Positions 38,806 to 48,756 of a stretch of DNA of 64,000 bases are shown piece after piece. A model generated the notes under the pieces. It ran no database searches, was not told the origin of the DNA, and was given only the letters and a program-made list of their open reading frames with translations. Source of the stretch: Nitrospirales bacterium. GTDB lineage: Bacteria > Nitrospirota > Nitrospiria > Nitrospirales > UBA8639. Numbering within the stretch: the stretch's first letter is position 1; each line of letters starts with the position of its first letter. The stretch covers positions 1,312,001 to 1,376,000 of the forward strand of contig OY820905.2 in the NCBI GenBank assembly GCA_963555755.3, written 5' to 3'. A program made the position numbers and the translations under genes.

Positions 38806-39817
38806 GATGGTTCTACGGTTGACTCCGGTTGAGACAGTTGCGACTATGCAGGTATGGGTCGTCCGCAGTATCCGAAGGACATGCGGGAATTCCGCCAACG
38901 CTTCACTTCACGCCAGGCTTGCCTTGAATATTTGGTGCAGAGTCGCTGGCCAGATGAGTTTGTTTGTCCAACGTGCACGGGTAAGTCGGCCTGGCTAAAC
39001 TCCAAGCGTTACGTTTTCGAGTGTAGGACGTGTGGTCGTCAGACTTCGCCTATGGCAGGCACGTTCATGCACCGTTCCCACGTGCCCGTCCAGGAGTGGT
39101 TCTGGGCTGCTTATCTCGTTACGACCCATACGCCAGGAATCAGTGCCGTCCAGCTCTCACGACAGCTTGGCCTATCGAGCGCCACCACAGCCTGGCATAT
39201 GCTGCATCGGCTGCGTCAAGGAATGGTCAACAAGAACCGAAGCCAGCTCTCTGGCTTGATTGAGGCCGATGAGGCGATCATCGGCGGACCAGCAAAAGGC
39301 AAGCAAGGTCGAGGCTCACCTGCAGCCAAGCACAAGAGTTTGCTGATCGGTGCCGTTGAGGTTCTCCCCTATACTGATAAGAAGGGAAAACAATGTGAAC
39401 GGGCAGGGCGGTTGCGTCTCTCGCTCCTAAAGGATGCAGGCGAGATCAGCATTCGTGGGTTTTTGATAGAAAATATTCAGGCCGGCTCCACACTCCGAAC
39501 CGATGGTTGGCGCGGGTATTCCGAGGCGGCGCTGGTGGGATACAAGCATCGTGTGCGAATTGTTCGGACACCGGGGCGAGCGCACAAAGTTGCGCCCCCT
39601 ATCCACCGGGTCTTCAGCAACCTCAAGGCGTGGCTCAATGGCACGCATCACGGGGTTGAGCCGAAGTATCTCCAGAGCTATCTGGACGAGTTTGTTTTCC
39701 GCTTCAACCGGCGCAAGACGCCGATGGCTGCGTTTCAAACCCTCCTCGGGATCTCAGTGAATAAAGCGCCGCTAACGCTTGGCGATCTGGTTAACCGGAG
39801 TCAACCGTAGAACCATC
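38806..39817 (+). mobile_element. IS1595-family insertion sequence
   Basis: Perfect 25-bp TIR GATGGTTCTACGGTTGACTCCGGTT; 8-bp duplication TAAAATAA. Confidence 0.96.
38854..39810 (+). CDS. IS1595-family transposase
   Basis: Zinc ribbon CPTC/CRTC, EADE, TDGWRGY, YLDEFVFRFNRR. Confidence 0.95.
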   Translation: MGRPQYPKDMREFRQRFTSRQACLEYLVQSRWPDEFVCPTCTGKSAWLNSKRYVFECRTCGRQTSPMAGTFMHRSHVPVQEWFWAAYLVTTHTPGISAVQLSRQLGLSSATTAWHMLHRLRQGMVNKNRSQLSGLIEADEAIIGGPAKGKQGRGSPAAKHKSLLIGAVEVLPYTDKKGKQCERAGRLRLSLLKDAGEISIRGFLIENIQAGSTLRTDGWRGYSEAALVGYKHRVRIVRTPGRAHKVAPPIHRVFSNLKAWLNGTHHGVEPKYLQSYLDEFVFRFNRRKTPMAAFQTLLGISVNKAPLTLGDLVNRSQP

Positions 39818-39873
39818 TAAAATAATACACTCACCTTTTGAAAATTTTGCGGCAACCTAAGCAAATTGTTAAA

Positions 39874-39978
39874 CCCAAAAACGGCAGTTGGCAATCTCGG
39901 GACCCTCCGACTACCGCGGGAGCCGCGGCGCTGAGGGCGAACGGACTCTCACCCAACGGGAGAACTGCCATGTATAGT
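39874..39978. mobile_element. Degenerate element with family F-like ends
   Basis: CCCAAAAACGGCAGTTGG...AACTGCCATGTATAG; interior differs from family F. Confidence 0.45.
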
Positions 39979-40245
39979 ATTTTAACTTTCTGATGAGCTA
40001 ACCCCTCACCCTAACCCTCATTCTTTCTTAAAGAATGAGCCCCTCAGGGGCGAGGGGCTTTGAAATGTCTTAGTTGAAAGTTAAAAAGGCTACAATTGGG
40101 GAGGGTAAATGATTGAGAACAGGTTGGTTGATGGTGAAAAACTCGTGTAGGGATCAGAACTGCGGCTCGTTGATTAGCAGCCAGCAGGTCTCGTTTGGAG
40201 GCTGTCTCTGCGAGGAGTTCAATTGGCAGATTTCTATATTTTTTA

Positions 40246-40614
40246 GGGTCTTCTCCCAAGTGAGTGGGTAAATTGGGGAGAGTCATTTCCTGAAAGGCTT
40301 GCTGGAGAAGAGGTTGGTGGGTTTTTTGACCGTGGGAAAAGTGGCCAGGCTTTCTTGAGGCTTCACCCTGATGATCCCTCCCCTTTGTAAGGAGAGGCTA
40401 GGTGGGGTAGAGCCCGTGGCAAGGAGCGAGTTGCAGCCATGCTGAAAGCCCGGACCGGATTCGACAGCAGGCTGCTGACGCGGTAACGAATCTGGATGGG
40501 GTGCTCCAAGAGCGACCTGAGCGGCTGTCGTGGCCCCCTACCTCCCCGACCCCTCCTTACAAAGGAGGGGTGTGAAAAACCCCAGAAGTTACCCGCACGA
40601 TTTGGAGAAGAGCC
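40246..40614. mobile_element. MITE family H with 8-bp duplication
   Basis: Ends GGGTCTTCTCCCAA and TTTGGAGAAGAGCC; ATTTTTTA on both sides; contains an inverted REP-like pair. Confidence 0.7.
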
Positions 40615-40636
40615 ATTTTTTAATCTCGCCTCTGGG

Positions 40637-41332
40637 TCACTGATTTTTTGAACGAACCCGATACGGTACTGGATCTTCCAGCCCGGCCTGGCGAAAGCCT
40701 TCTAGGCGTATGAGACAACTGTCGCATTGACCGCAGGCCACCCCGGACTCATCCGGGTCATAACAGCTATGCGTGAGTTCGAAGGGCACGCCTAACTCTA
40801 CCCCCTGCTGAATAATTTGGGACTTGCTGAGCTGAAGAAGGGGGGCCTTGATCTTGACGGCTTCGCCTTCTACCCCCATTTTAGTTCCTAACCGTGCCAC
40901 GGTTTCAAAGGCGTGCAAAAATTCCGGACGGCAATCCGGGTACCCTGAATAATCCAGCACGTTCGCTCCGATAAAAATGCTCCGGGCCTGTACCGCTTCC
41001 GCAAAGGCCAAAGCCAGAGATAAAAATACGGTATTCCTTGCAGGCACATAGGTATTGGGAATCCCCTGACCTCGTTCTGCTTCCGATCGACTCCTGGGAA
41101 CAGAACCCTCTCCAACCAATGCCGACCCACCAAATACACTCAGGTCAAGGTGCAAGATTTTATGTTCCTGAGCCCCGACCCACGCGGCAACCTCCTTGGC
41201 GCGAGTCACTTCCACCTGATGACATTGACCGTACATCAGGGTCAAGAGGTACAAATCCCATCCTTCCCGTTTGGCCACAGCCGCCGTGACCGTGGAATCC
41301 AAACCTCCGCTGGCTAAGACGATTGCGTTCAC
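40637..41332 (-). CDS. queC: 7-cyano-7-deazaguanine synthase
   Basis: SGGLDS, TYVPARN, DYSGYPDCRPEF, THSCY, CGQCDSC. Confidence 0.97.
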   Translation of the reverse strand: MNAIVLASGGLDSTVTAAVAKREGWDLYLLTLMYGQCHQVEVTRAKEVAAWVGAQEHKILHLDLSVFGGSALVGEGSVPRSRSEAERGQGIPNTYVPARNTVFLSLALAFAEAVQARSIFIGANVLDYSGYPDCRPEFLHAFETVARLGTKMGVEGEAVKIKAPLLQLSKSQIIQQGVELGVPFELTHSCYDPDESGVACGQCDSCLIRLEGFRQAGLEDPVPYRVRSKNQ

Positions 41333-41518
41333 AACTCATCCTTCACACTGTCGAATCTCGTGTATATCAGTCTAAGGATTGCATAGGATAACTTCACCTC
41401 TCCCAACGATCAGCGTAAAGTTTCCTCATCAGGTTGGCAACGGCCTGACAAGCCATTGGATTGAACCCGAATTCCCCCGTGAACACAAGGGCTTTTCTCC
41501 CAATATCATTTTGACTCC

Positions 41519-41648
41519 TTCGACTACGCCTGTCCTGAGCTTGCCGAAGGGCTCAGCACAGGCAACGGGATAATTCTGTTTCCTCCCACCTCGCCAAGAT
41601 TTCTCACATCCGCCTGCCCGGAGCTTGTCGATGGGTTCGAAATGACAA
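41519..41648. repeat. Cluster of REP-like units
   Basis: CCTGAGCTTGCCGAAGGG and CCCGGAGCTTGTCGATGGG; related unit at about 54772-54811. Confidence 0.55.
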
Positions 41649-41893
41649 CGGTCCTCATGGATGAAGGCCGTATTCCCAGATTGGATGCGGTGATTGAACC
41701 CTTCCAAGCACGGTGATTCACACGCGACGACGGAATCCTGGTTAAAAGGGAAGGCGATGTTTTGGGAAAAAGACTGGAGCGAAGAAAGAAGCGTTGATGA
41801 AAAATGAAGGGACGACGCGCTCGTGTGTAAATCATGGATCCGGAACTCGCGCCGTGGAACGAATCATACCACGAGGATGATCCCACAATTTAA

Positions 41894-42033
41894 GGGCACC
41901 TCTAAAAACCGTCCTTTTCCGTGATGGCGGCGTCAGCCGCGTGCTCAAATCTTCATGTATTCGCCCATACACTCCGGTTTTCCGCGCGCGGCTTCCTTGC
42001 CCTCACCAAAATGCCTGGTTTTTAGAGGTGCCC
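41894..42033. mobile_element. MITE family G copy, TTAA duplication
   Basis: TIR GGGCACCTCTAAAAACC; near-identical copies at 49009-49149 and 58625-58765. Confidence 0.9.
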
Positions 42034-42606
42034 TTAAGTCCGTTGTTCGCCTTTTTCGATCTTTTCGAGTAATTCCAGACGAGATTGACATTCAATGCAA
42101 TAGCGGGCAAACGGCATGGCTTTCAAACGCTTTTCGCTAATCTCAGCATCGCATTCCCCACACAGCCCGTAGGTACCTTCATCGAGACTCGACAGGGCTT
42201 CCTCGATCAATTGACGTTCACGATTCCGCATTTCTTGAAGGGAAATGCCCATTTCCCGTTCCAGATCAAACAGAGCCTGATCCCCACTATCCATGGCCGA
42301 TTCCAACCGACGCTGTTGGTCATCCGTCAACGACTGTCCTAATTTTTCCTTTATTTGTTTCATCACGGCTTCTCGCTTTGCCAGCAAATTTTTCCGCAAG
42401 GATTTCCTGCGAGAAGCAGCCATCGGTTGACGCTTTGGAAAAACAGCCGTGTCTTTTGAAGCCTGAGGTTTCGAAGGTTCGGGTTTCAACCGGGTTGTCC
42501 GCTTCGCCGTCGTCGTGGAAGCCTTGGTCACGGCAGATTTCGCACCTACGGCTTTAGTCGATCGGCTTGTCGCCCTCGCGGTCTTTTTGGTGGAACTCCC
42601 TTTCAT
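42034..42606 (-). CDS. DksA/TraR C4 zinc-finger protein with basic N-terminal extension
   Basis: DSGDQA (DxxDxA), GTYGLCGEC, RLKAMPFARYCIECQ. Confidence 0.88.
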   Translation of the reverse strand: MKGSSTKKTARATSRSTKAVGAKSAVTKASTTTAKRTTRLKPEPSKPQASKDTAVFPKRQPMAASRRKSLRKNLLAKREAVMKQIKEKLGQSLTDDQQRRLESAMDSGDQALFDLEREMGISLQEMRNRERQLIEEALSSLDEGTYGLCGECDAEISEKRLKAMPFARYCIECQSRLELLEKIEKGEQRT

Positions 42607-42720
42607 AACCTATTCTCCTTTTCGGGAACTCTTGAGCCGCAATACCAATGAGGATCTCCCCATTTCCCTCTGAAAATATCCCCAACCCCTAGGTGAAGTC
42701 GCGGATCATACAATATCTAA

Positions 42721-43517
42721 GGACCTGAGAGCAAATAACTCGGACAATTTCGCGCCAAGATTTGGGGTAGATTTGGACGGAACGATTGAGAAAAACCCGA
42801 GGCATAGCACAGCTATGTTGAGGGTGTTTCGATTGAGGCCCGTTCAACCTAGAAACAGCAGTTGGGCGCAAAAAAGCCGTGTAAGATATTGGGGTGCATG
42901 GTGAAATACAAAAAGTCGTGGTCACCTCGGTGGTGATAAGACATTTTTGTATTTTGCCAGGTGCGCTAAGGGTCCGTCACGAAATAACCGGGACAATTGG
43001 GAGGCCCAGATTTGTGATCGAGGCAAGGCGCGACGAGGGAGCAGAGCGGGGCTCTGTGACCGAGGAGCAACGCCGCCCCGGGCCAAAGATGGGCCTCCCC
43101 GGAGGGCCGGACGCTTTTGGGCTCCGCCGGCGTCGCTCATCGCTTCCATACTCCCGGTATGCGCGCTCTTCGCTCCTTGGCTCGCTCCAAAATCGTCTCG
43201 GCCAATTGTCCCGGTTATTTCGTGACGGACCCTAAGGACCTGCGAGAGAATAACTTGATCACTATCGCGCCAAGATTTGGGTCGGATTTGGACGGAACGA
43301 TTGAGAAAAACTCGAGGCATAGCACAGCTATGGTGAGGGTTTTTCGATTGAGGCCCGTTCAAAGATGGCCCGAAGATTGGATGCGAGATTGATCAAGTTA
43401 TTCTCTCGCAGGTCCTAAGAGCTTGCGCGGACTTTTGTGATCCAACTGCTGTTTCTAGGTTCCAAGATGGCCCAAAGATTGGATGCGAAATTGTTCGAGT
43501 TATTTGCTCTCAGGTCC
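42721..43517. mobile_element. Nested MITE stack: E (42721-42847 plus 43460-43517) holds F (42848-43459), which holds B (42970-43232) and a second E (43236-43415)
   Basis: Each layer has its own TIRs; TAA at 42718, 42967, 43233, 43416 and 43518; uninterrupted versions occur elsewhere in the window. Confidence 0.9.
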
Positions 43518-44032
43518 TAAGGATAGGACAGCAAGGAATGGATCGAACATCCTTCCAGCTTGTCTCGTCCCCCCAAGGCTAACAACTCCACGAGAAACGC
43601 ACAGCCCACAATGTCAGCCCCTAATTGACTCAGAAGATGCACGGTCGCGGCAGCGGTGCCACCGGTGGCTAACAAATCATCAACGACCAGCACGCGTTCT
43701 CCAATCTGGACAGCATCGCGATGGATAGCTAAAGAATTCGATCCATACTCAAGATTGTATTTCACTTCGAACACATCGGCTGGCAACTTCCCGGGCTTGC
43801 GCACCAGAACAAAACCCGCATCGAGATTACACGCCAGAGGACCACCGAAAATAAAACCTCGTGATTCAATGGCGACCACCTTACTGATCCGCTCATTTTT
43901 GTAGTGATCGGTGAAATCCTGAATGACCTGTTGAAACCCTTTCGAATCTTTGAGAAGCGTGGTGATGTCATAAAACAAGATCCCCGGCTTTGGAAAATCC
44001 GGGATCTCCCGGATCAAACTTTTATAATCCAT
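43517..44032 (-). CDS. apt: Adenine phosphoribosyltransferase
   Basis: PDFPKPGILFYDITTLL, ESRGFIFG, RKPGKLP, VDDLLATGGT. Confidence 0.97.
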   Translation of the reverse strand: MDYKSLIREIPDFPKPGILFYDITTLLKDSKGFQQVIQDFTDHYKNERISKVVAIESRGFIFGGPLACNLDAGFVLVRKPGKLPADVFEVKYNLEYGSNSLAIHRDAVQIGERVLVVDDLLATGGTAAATVHLLSQLGADIVGCAFLVELLALGGRDKLEGCSIHSLLSYP

Positions 44033-44367
44033 TGGACCATCCTTTCCGATATCAAGCGAGACGAACTGAAATCGTCTTCGCCGGATACCGCAATAAAAAA
44101 ACATGTCTTTGCGTAATCGTGTGGATGCATTTTTTGGCCCTTCCTTCCCGCCCATTGGGAAATGGAGCTTGAGGGGATTACTTCATCAGCCACCTCCGCT
44201 AATCAAACGCAGACAAGGAGGCTGTAGGATGGAAGTATCGTAAAATCCCCCCTACCCCCTTTTCCAAAGGGGGAGTTACACGAAAAGGTCTCACCAATGT
44301 ATGTCTGTGAAGGACAGCCATAGGATTTTTCGGCAATACGACAAACCCAGATTCACGAAGACTCTAG

Positions 44368-44703
44368 GAGCCTGTCCGAGATTAGCGATCGTTGCGAGGA
44401 TGTGCGGGTTTGAGTCAGATGTTTCGATCCTTTGAGGCACATAGTGGGACTATTCAACGAAAAGGGGGAATGTTCAAACAGGGTGTCCAGCAAGGCCTAA
44501 ATCGTAATGGGTGACGCGTAATGTGTGATGAGTAAGGAAGCAAGAAGGTAAAAGTCAAAACGACTCTTTTGCTTCACGTATCACGCTTCACGTCTACAGA
44601 GAACGCAGCTGGCGGCCTTTTTCAACATTCCCCGAAAAGGATCGGAAGATCTGGCCACACCCAGCACATCCGTAATAGATTCGTCCTAATCTGGGACAGG
44701 CTC
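44368..44703. mobile_element. MITE family D (IS1182-like ends) with nested family A variant at 44466-44632
   Basis: GAGCCTGTCCGAGATTAG...CTAATCTGGGACAGGCTC; flanks CTAG/CAAG; inner A flanked by CGAAAAGG twice. Confidence 0.85.
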
Positions 44704-44709
44704 CAAGAT

Positions 44710-45000
44710 TCAATACTTGATCTCAAAGCGGCTTTCGTGACTTCCTGGTTCCATCCAATCGATGGCAACATGTTCAACACTCGACCACGTTGGGCCACGA
44801 TTGAGATCTCGCAGATAGGTATCTACGGCTTCCCGGTCCCCTTGGACTTCCGATTCAACACGACCATCCACCACATTCCGCACCCACCCAGTCAGCCCAT
44901 GGTGTTCGGCCTGCCGACACACAAATGCCCGATACCCAACCCCCTGAACGACACCACTGACGAACACATGCGCTCGAACAATTTCGTGTGAATCCGTCAT
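44710..45000 (-). CDS. acyP: Acylphosphatase
   Basis: VSGVVQGVGYR, GWVRN. Confidence 0.93.
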   Translation of the reverse strand: MTDSHEIVRAHVFVSGVVQGVGYRAFVCRQAEHHGLTGWVRNVVDGRVESEVQGDREAVDTYLRDLNRGPTWSSVEHVAIDWMEPGSHESRFEIKY

Positions 45001-45040
45001 GGAATCGCCAACGGCATCCGATCACATGAGGGGCACATTT

Positions 45041-46489
45041 CTACGACGCCTTCTTCCATAACCACGTGCTGAGGACTTTGGCCGTCTCGCCTCCATCACG
45101 AATGCAGTCAGGAATACCGAGACCTTCATATGCCGCACCGGTCACATACAGCCCCTCATGGGCAGTGAGACGTTGCCGGATGGCCTTCACTCGATCGCGA
45201 TGCCCGATGACGTATTGCGGCATCGCCTGCGCCCATCGAAACACATGCGCGGAGAGCGGTGTAGCCTCAATTCCCACCATATCTTGTAATTCGTCCAAGA
45301 TCAATGCCACCAGTCGGTCATCATCCAGGTCTAGAATTGCTTCCCGCCCCCGTCCACCGATGTAACAGCGAATCAGGCTTTCGTCGGGATTCGCTCGCCC
45401 CGCCCACTTTAATGAAGACCACGTCGCCGCGATCAACTTTCGATTTTCCACGCGTGGCACGACAAACCCAAACCCGTTCAGATGCGACTGCACATGTGTT
45501 TTAGGAAATGCAATCGAAACAGTAGCGGTGGAGGCATAAGATATTTGCGCCAGGAGACCGGCAATCTCAGGTTGAAATGCCTCAAGCAGTCGAGATGAGA
45601 CAAAGGCTGGAGTGGCAAGCACAACGCCGTCTGCCTCGAGCAAGTCCCCATCAGCTACCTGAATCTTCCACCTGCCAATCCCCTCAGAACCCTCAACACG
45701 ATTCACATGTTCGACCGTGATGCCGGATGATAAGGTCACACCTTCATTTCTTAACACCTCCAGTAAGCGAGCCACAAGATCACCCAAGCCACCTTGTAGA
45801 GTCACAAATAACGAACGCGGCGAGGAACTTTTTGTAGAGGAAGCCTGCCTGGCTTTTTGTTGAGCCAACGCGCCTTTGATCAATCCGCCATGCCTCACTT
45901 CCAAATCGACAAATTGCGGAAAGGTGGCGGAGACACTTAACTCCGAAGCATCGCCAGCATAAATTCCAGCCACCAAGGGTTCAATCAGGCGATCAAAGGC
46001 TTCCTGTCCAAATCGACGACTAAAAAAACTCGCCAACGATTCCTCTGGCCCCCCGGCTTGGCGCGCCGGGATAAACCAATCCCCTGCCATTCGCACAATC
46101 CCTGCCCAAGACACCAGACCACTTTTAAACAACGGCCCCATCTTGGTGGGCACCATGGAAACCAACCCTTGAGGAAATTCTCGAAGCCGTCCGCGAGAAT
46201 AGGCAAAGGTTTTACTCTGGCCTTGATTCGTGTTAATGAGTTGCGAACTCAAACCCAATTTTTCACACAACCCCAACGCCCAGGGTTTCGTCGATAAAAA
46301 GGAATCCGGGCCGCCTTCGACAATCAAGCCCTCGACTCGAGTCGTGGAAATTTTCCCGCCCCAGTTCGGTTGAGCCTCAAGCACCGTACATTGGATTGGC
46401 TCACCGAGAGCCTTAGCCTCTTCCACAAGCGCAAACGCCGTCGAAAGTCCGGCAATCCCCCCACCCACAATCACCACTCGTTTCGGCAT
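45041..46489 (-). CDS. hemY: HemY-type coproporphyrinogen/protoporphyrinogen oxidase
   Basis: GGGIAGL, EGGPDSF, EPLVAGIYAGD, AMPQY, GLGIPDCI; start may be 46507. Confidence 0.92.
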   Translation of the reverse strand: MPKRVVIVGGGIAGLSTAFALVEEAKALGEPIQCTVLEAQPNWGGKISTTRVEGLIVEGGPDSFLSTKPWALGLCEKLGLSSQLINTNQGQSKTFAYSRGRLREFPQGLVSMVPTKMGPLFKSGLVSWAGIVRMAGDWFIPARQAGGPEESLASFFSRRFGQEAFDRLIEPLVAGIYAGDASELSVSATFPQFVDLEVRHGGLIKGALAQQKARQASSTKSSSPRSLFVTLQGGLGDLVARLLEVLRNEGVTLSSGITVEHVNRVEGSEGIGRWKIQVADGDLLEADGVVLATPAFVSSRLLEAFQPEIAGLLAQISYASTATVSIAFPKTHVQSHLNGFGFVVPRVENRKLIAATWSSLKWAGRANPDESLIRCYIGGRGREAILDLDDDRLVALILDELQDMVGIEATPLSAHVFRWAQAMPQYVIGHRDRVKAIRQRLTAHEGLYVTGAAYEGLGIPDCIRDGGETAKVLSTWLWKKAS

Positions 46490-46670
46490 TGAAGCAGATG
46501 GCGGCATATTTGAGGGAAACCTTTGCAAGAATTTGAAGGGGGAATGTGTTTGCGCCCTTGAAACAAAACGCGTATCAATTGGTGGTTAACCCATGTGGAT
46601 CAGTTAAAAAATTCAAATATTTTTAAAAATGGCTCACACTTCCCACTGGTCTCTTCTAGCAGAAGGCAAG

Positions 46671-46790
46671 GGGGCTGTTCAAAAAGGCCGTCCAGCAAGG
46701 CCGCAGGGCATTTGGCGCGCGGAGCGTACGTCAGTACGTGAGCACGACAAAGGACCGAGAACGCCGCTGGCGGACTTTTTCAACAGCCCC
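46671..46790. mobile_element. MITE family A copy overlapping the hemE 3' end
   Basis: GGGGCTGTTCAAAAAGG...TTTTTCAACAGCCCC. Confidence 0.85.
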
Positions 46791-47823
46791 CCCCATATTT
46801 GTGGACGGAGGCAATGGCCGCATCCACATGTTCGACCGGCGTTTGAGGGAGAATGCCATGCCCAAGATTGAAAATATGGCCTGGCCGTTGACCAGCCCGA
46901 TCAAGAATATCTTTGACTCTCCTGTCAATTTCCTCAACCGGTGCATACAGGACCACCGGATCGAGATTTCCTTGGACCGCCACATCATACCCGAGTCGTG
47001 CCCACGCCTCATCCAGTTCAACGTGCCAGTCGAGCCCCACCACGTCACTCCCCGCTTGTTTCATCAGGGGGAGAAGCGTCGAAGTTCCGGTCCCGAAATA
47101 AATAATGGGTACGCCCTCCGGTCGCAATCGATCAATAATGCGTGTGACATGGGGCAGCGCGTATTCTTCATAGTCGCCCGGAGCGAGACAGCCGATCCAA
47201 CTATCAAACAATTGAATGGCTTGCGCCCCCGCACGAATTTGAACCAGCAGATAGTTCGTCACCACGTCAGCAAACTTCTCCAACAGCGCATGCCACTGTT
47301 TGGGTTGCGAAAACATGAATCGCTTTGTCGTAACGTATGAGCGGGAACTGCCTCCTTCAATCGCGTAACTCGCAAGAGTAAATGGACCACCCGCAAACCC
47401 AATCAGCGGCACTCGGCCCCCTAATTGTTGAAGCGTCAATGTGATGGCTTGATGGGAAAATCCAAAGGCTTCGCCATCAACGACCTGTAACCGAGCCACG
47501 TCTTCCGGGCTTCGCACGGGATTGGCAATGACCGGTCCTTTGTCCTCCACAAAAGACAAATTCAAGCCCATAGGTTCAAGGGGCAATAAAATATCCGCAA
47601 AGATAATCGCGGCATCCAGGGAAAATCGTTCTATGGGCTGAAGGGTGACTTCGGCGGCTAATTCCGGAGTCTTACACACTTCCAAAATACTGTGCTTTTT
47701 GCGAATGGCTAGATATTCAGCCATATACCGTCCGGCCTGTCGCATAAACCAGACTGGCGTTCGGTCAACAGGCTGTCTTCTGCAGGCACGAAGGAAACGA
47801 TCATTGGTTAACGTGGGCAGCAT
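46780..47823 (-). CDS. hemE: Uroporphyrinogen decarboxylase
   Basis: PVWFMRQAGRY, GFAGGPFTLASY, QLFDSW, QGNLDP, FNLGHG. Confidence 0.97.
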   Translation of the reverse strand: MLPTLTNDRFLRACRRQPVDRTPVWFMRQAGRYMAEYLAIRKKHSILEVCKTPELAAEVTLQPIERFSLDAAIIFADILLPLEPMGLNLSFVEDKGPVIANPVRSPEDVARLQVVDGEAFGFSHQAITLTLQQLGGRVPLIGFAGGPFTLASYAIEGGSSRSYVTTKRFMFSQPKQWHALLEKFADVVTNYLLVQIRAGAQAIQLFDSWIGCLAPGDYEEYALPHVTRIIDRLRPEGVPIIYFGTGTSTLLPLMKQAGSDVVGLDWHVELDEAWARLGYDVAVQGNLDPVVLYAPVEEIDRRVKDILDRAGQRPGHIFNLGHGILPQTPVEHVDAAIASVHKYGGGC

Positions 47824-47876
47824 GGTCAGAAATGTCCTCTTTTATGTCACAAAAAAAGTTGCATGTTTCCGACTGG

Positions 47877-48353
47877 CTAAAACCATTCTTGCTCAGCGGC
47901 TTTCGGTTCCGTTTTGGGAGCGTCAAGCTGAGAGGCAAATTGCTCTCGAAGGGCTTGACTGATTTCATCAAATTCTTGAGCCTTTTCATGATCTACGATC
48001 CACGCATCGCCCTCGGCTAATTCGATGCGATAATGGTCTTGAGCTAACGAAAACCATTCGAGATAGGGATGCGGATCTAAGAGTGGGTGAGGATCAAAAG
48101 AAATCAGGCTGACGGTCCCGAGTTGAGGAATCGCAAAATCGCCTAACCGATGGGCAGCCACGGCATCATCGGAAAATTGGGAATTGTGAAGCGATATCAC
48201 CCGCCCAACGATATCCGGCTTAAAGTCTCCCTTTAAACACACATCAACCGAACCAATAGCCGCAAAGGTCAGGCGGCCAACGACCAGACCAGAGGTCCGG
48301 TTGTCTAAATACCCTTCCTTGAACCATCGTGATCCACCAAACTTTTCAGCCAC
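47877..48353 (-). CDS. Hypothetical protein
   Basis: Open frame with GAGGGG before GTG 48353; no family recognised. Confidence 0.65.
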   Translation of the reverse strand: MAEKFGGSRWFKEGYLDNRTSGLVVGRLTFAAIGSVDVCLKGDFKPDIVGRVISLHNSQFSDDAVAAHRLGDFAIPQLGTVSLISFDPHPLLDPHPYLEWFSLAQDHYRIELAEGDAWIVDHEKAQEFDEISQALREQFASQLDAPKTEPKAAEQEWF

Positions 48354-48419
48354 GAGCCGATCCCCTCGTGAAGAAGACAATCCCTGGCTTCGGCATGTCC
48401 TCTTTCATCATGATGCTAG

Positions 48420-48709
48420 GAACCTGTCCGAGATTTGCGATCGTCACGAGGGGATGCTGGTTTGAGTCAGATGTTTCCATCGTTTGAGGCGAATAGTGGT
48501 GCCTATTTAACGAAAACGGGGAATGTTCAAAAAGGCTGTCCAGCAAGGCCGCAGGGCTTTTGGCGCGCGGAGCGTACACGGAGTACGTGAGCACGCCAAA
48601 AGCCCGAGAACGCGGCTGGCGGCCTTTTTCAACATTCCCCGAAAAGGATCGGAAGATCTGGCCAAATCCAGTGTACCCGCAGTAGATTCGTCTAATCTTG
48701 GACGGGCTC
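48420..48709. mobile_element. MITE family D with nested family A at 48519-48639
   Basis: GAACCTGTCCGAGATT...AATCTTGGACGGGCTC; CTAG on both sides. Confidence 0.88.
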
Positions 48710-48756
48710 CTAGGGTGATGGGAGAACCAACCCAGGGCCAGAACGTGACGTGTGTG

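Noticed and set aside
41333..41480. PreQ1 riboswitch upstream of queC
   Set aside because: No matching stem-loop with A-rich tail seen.
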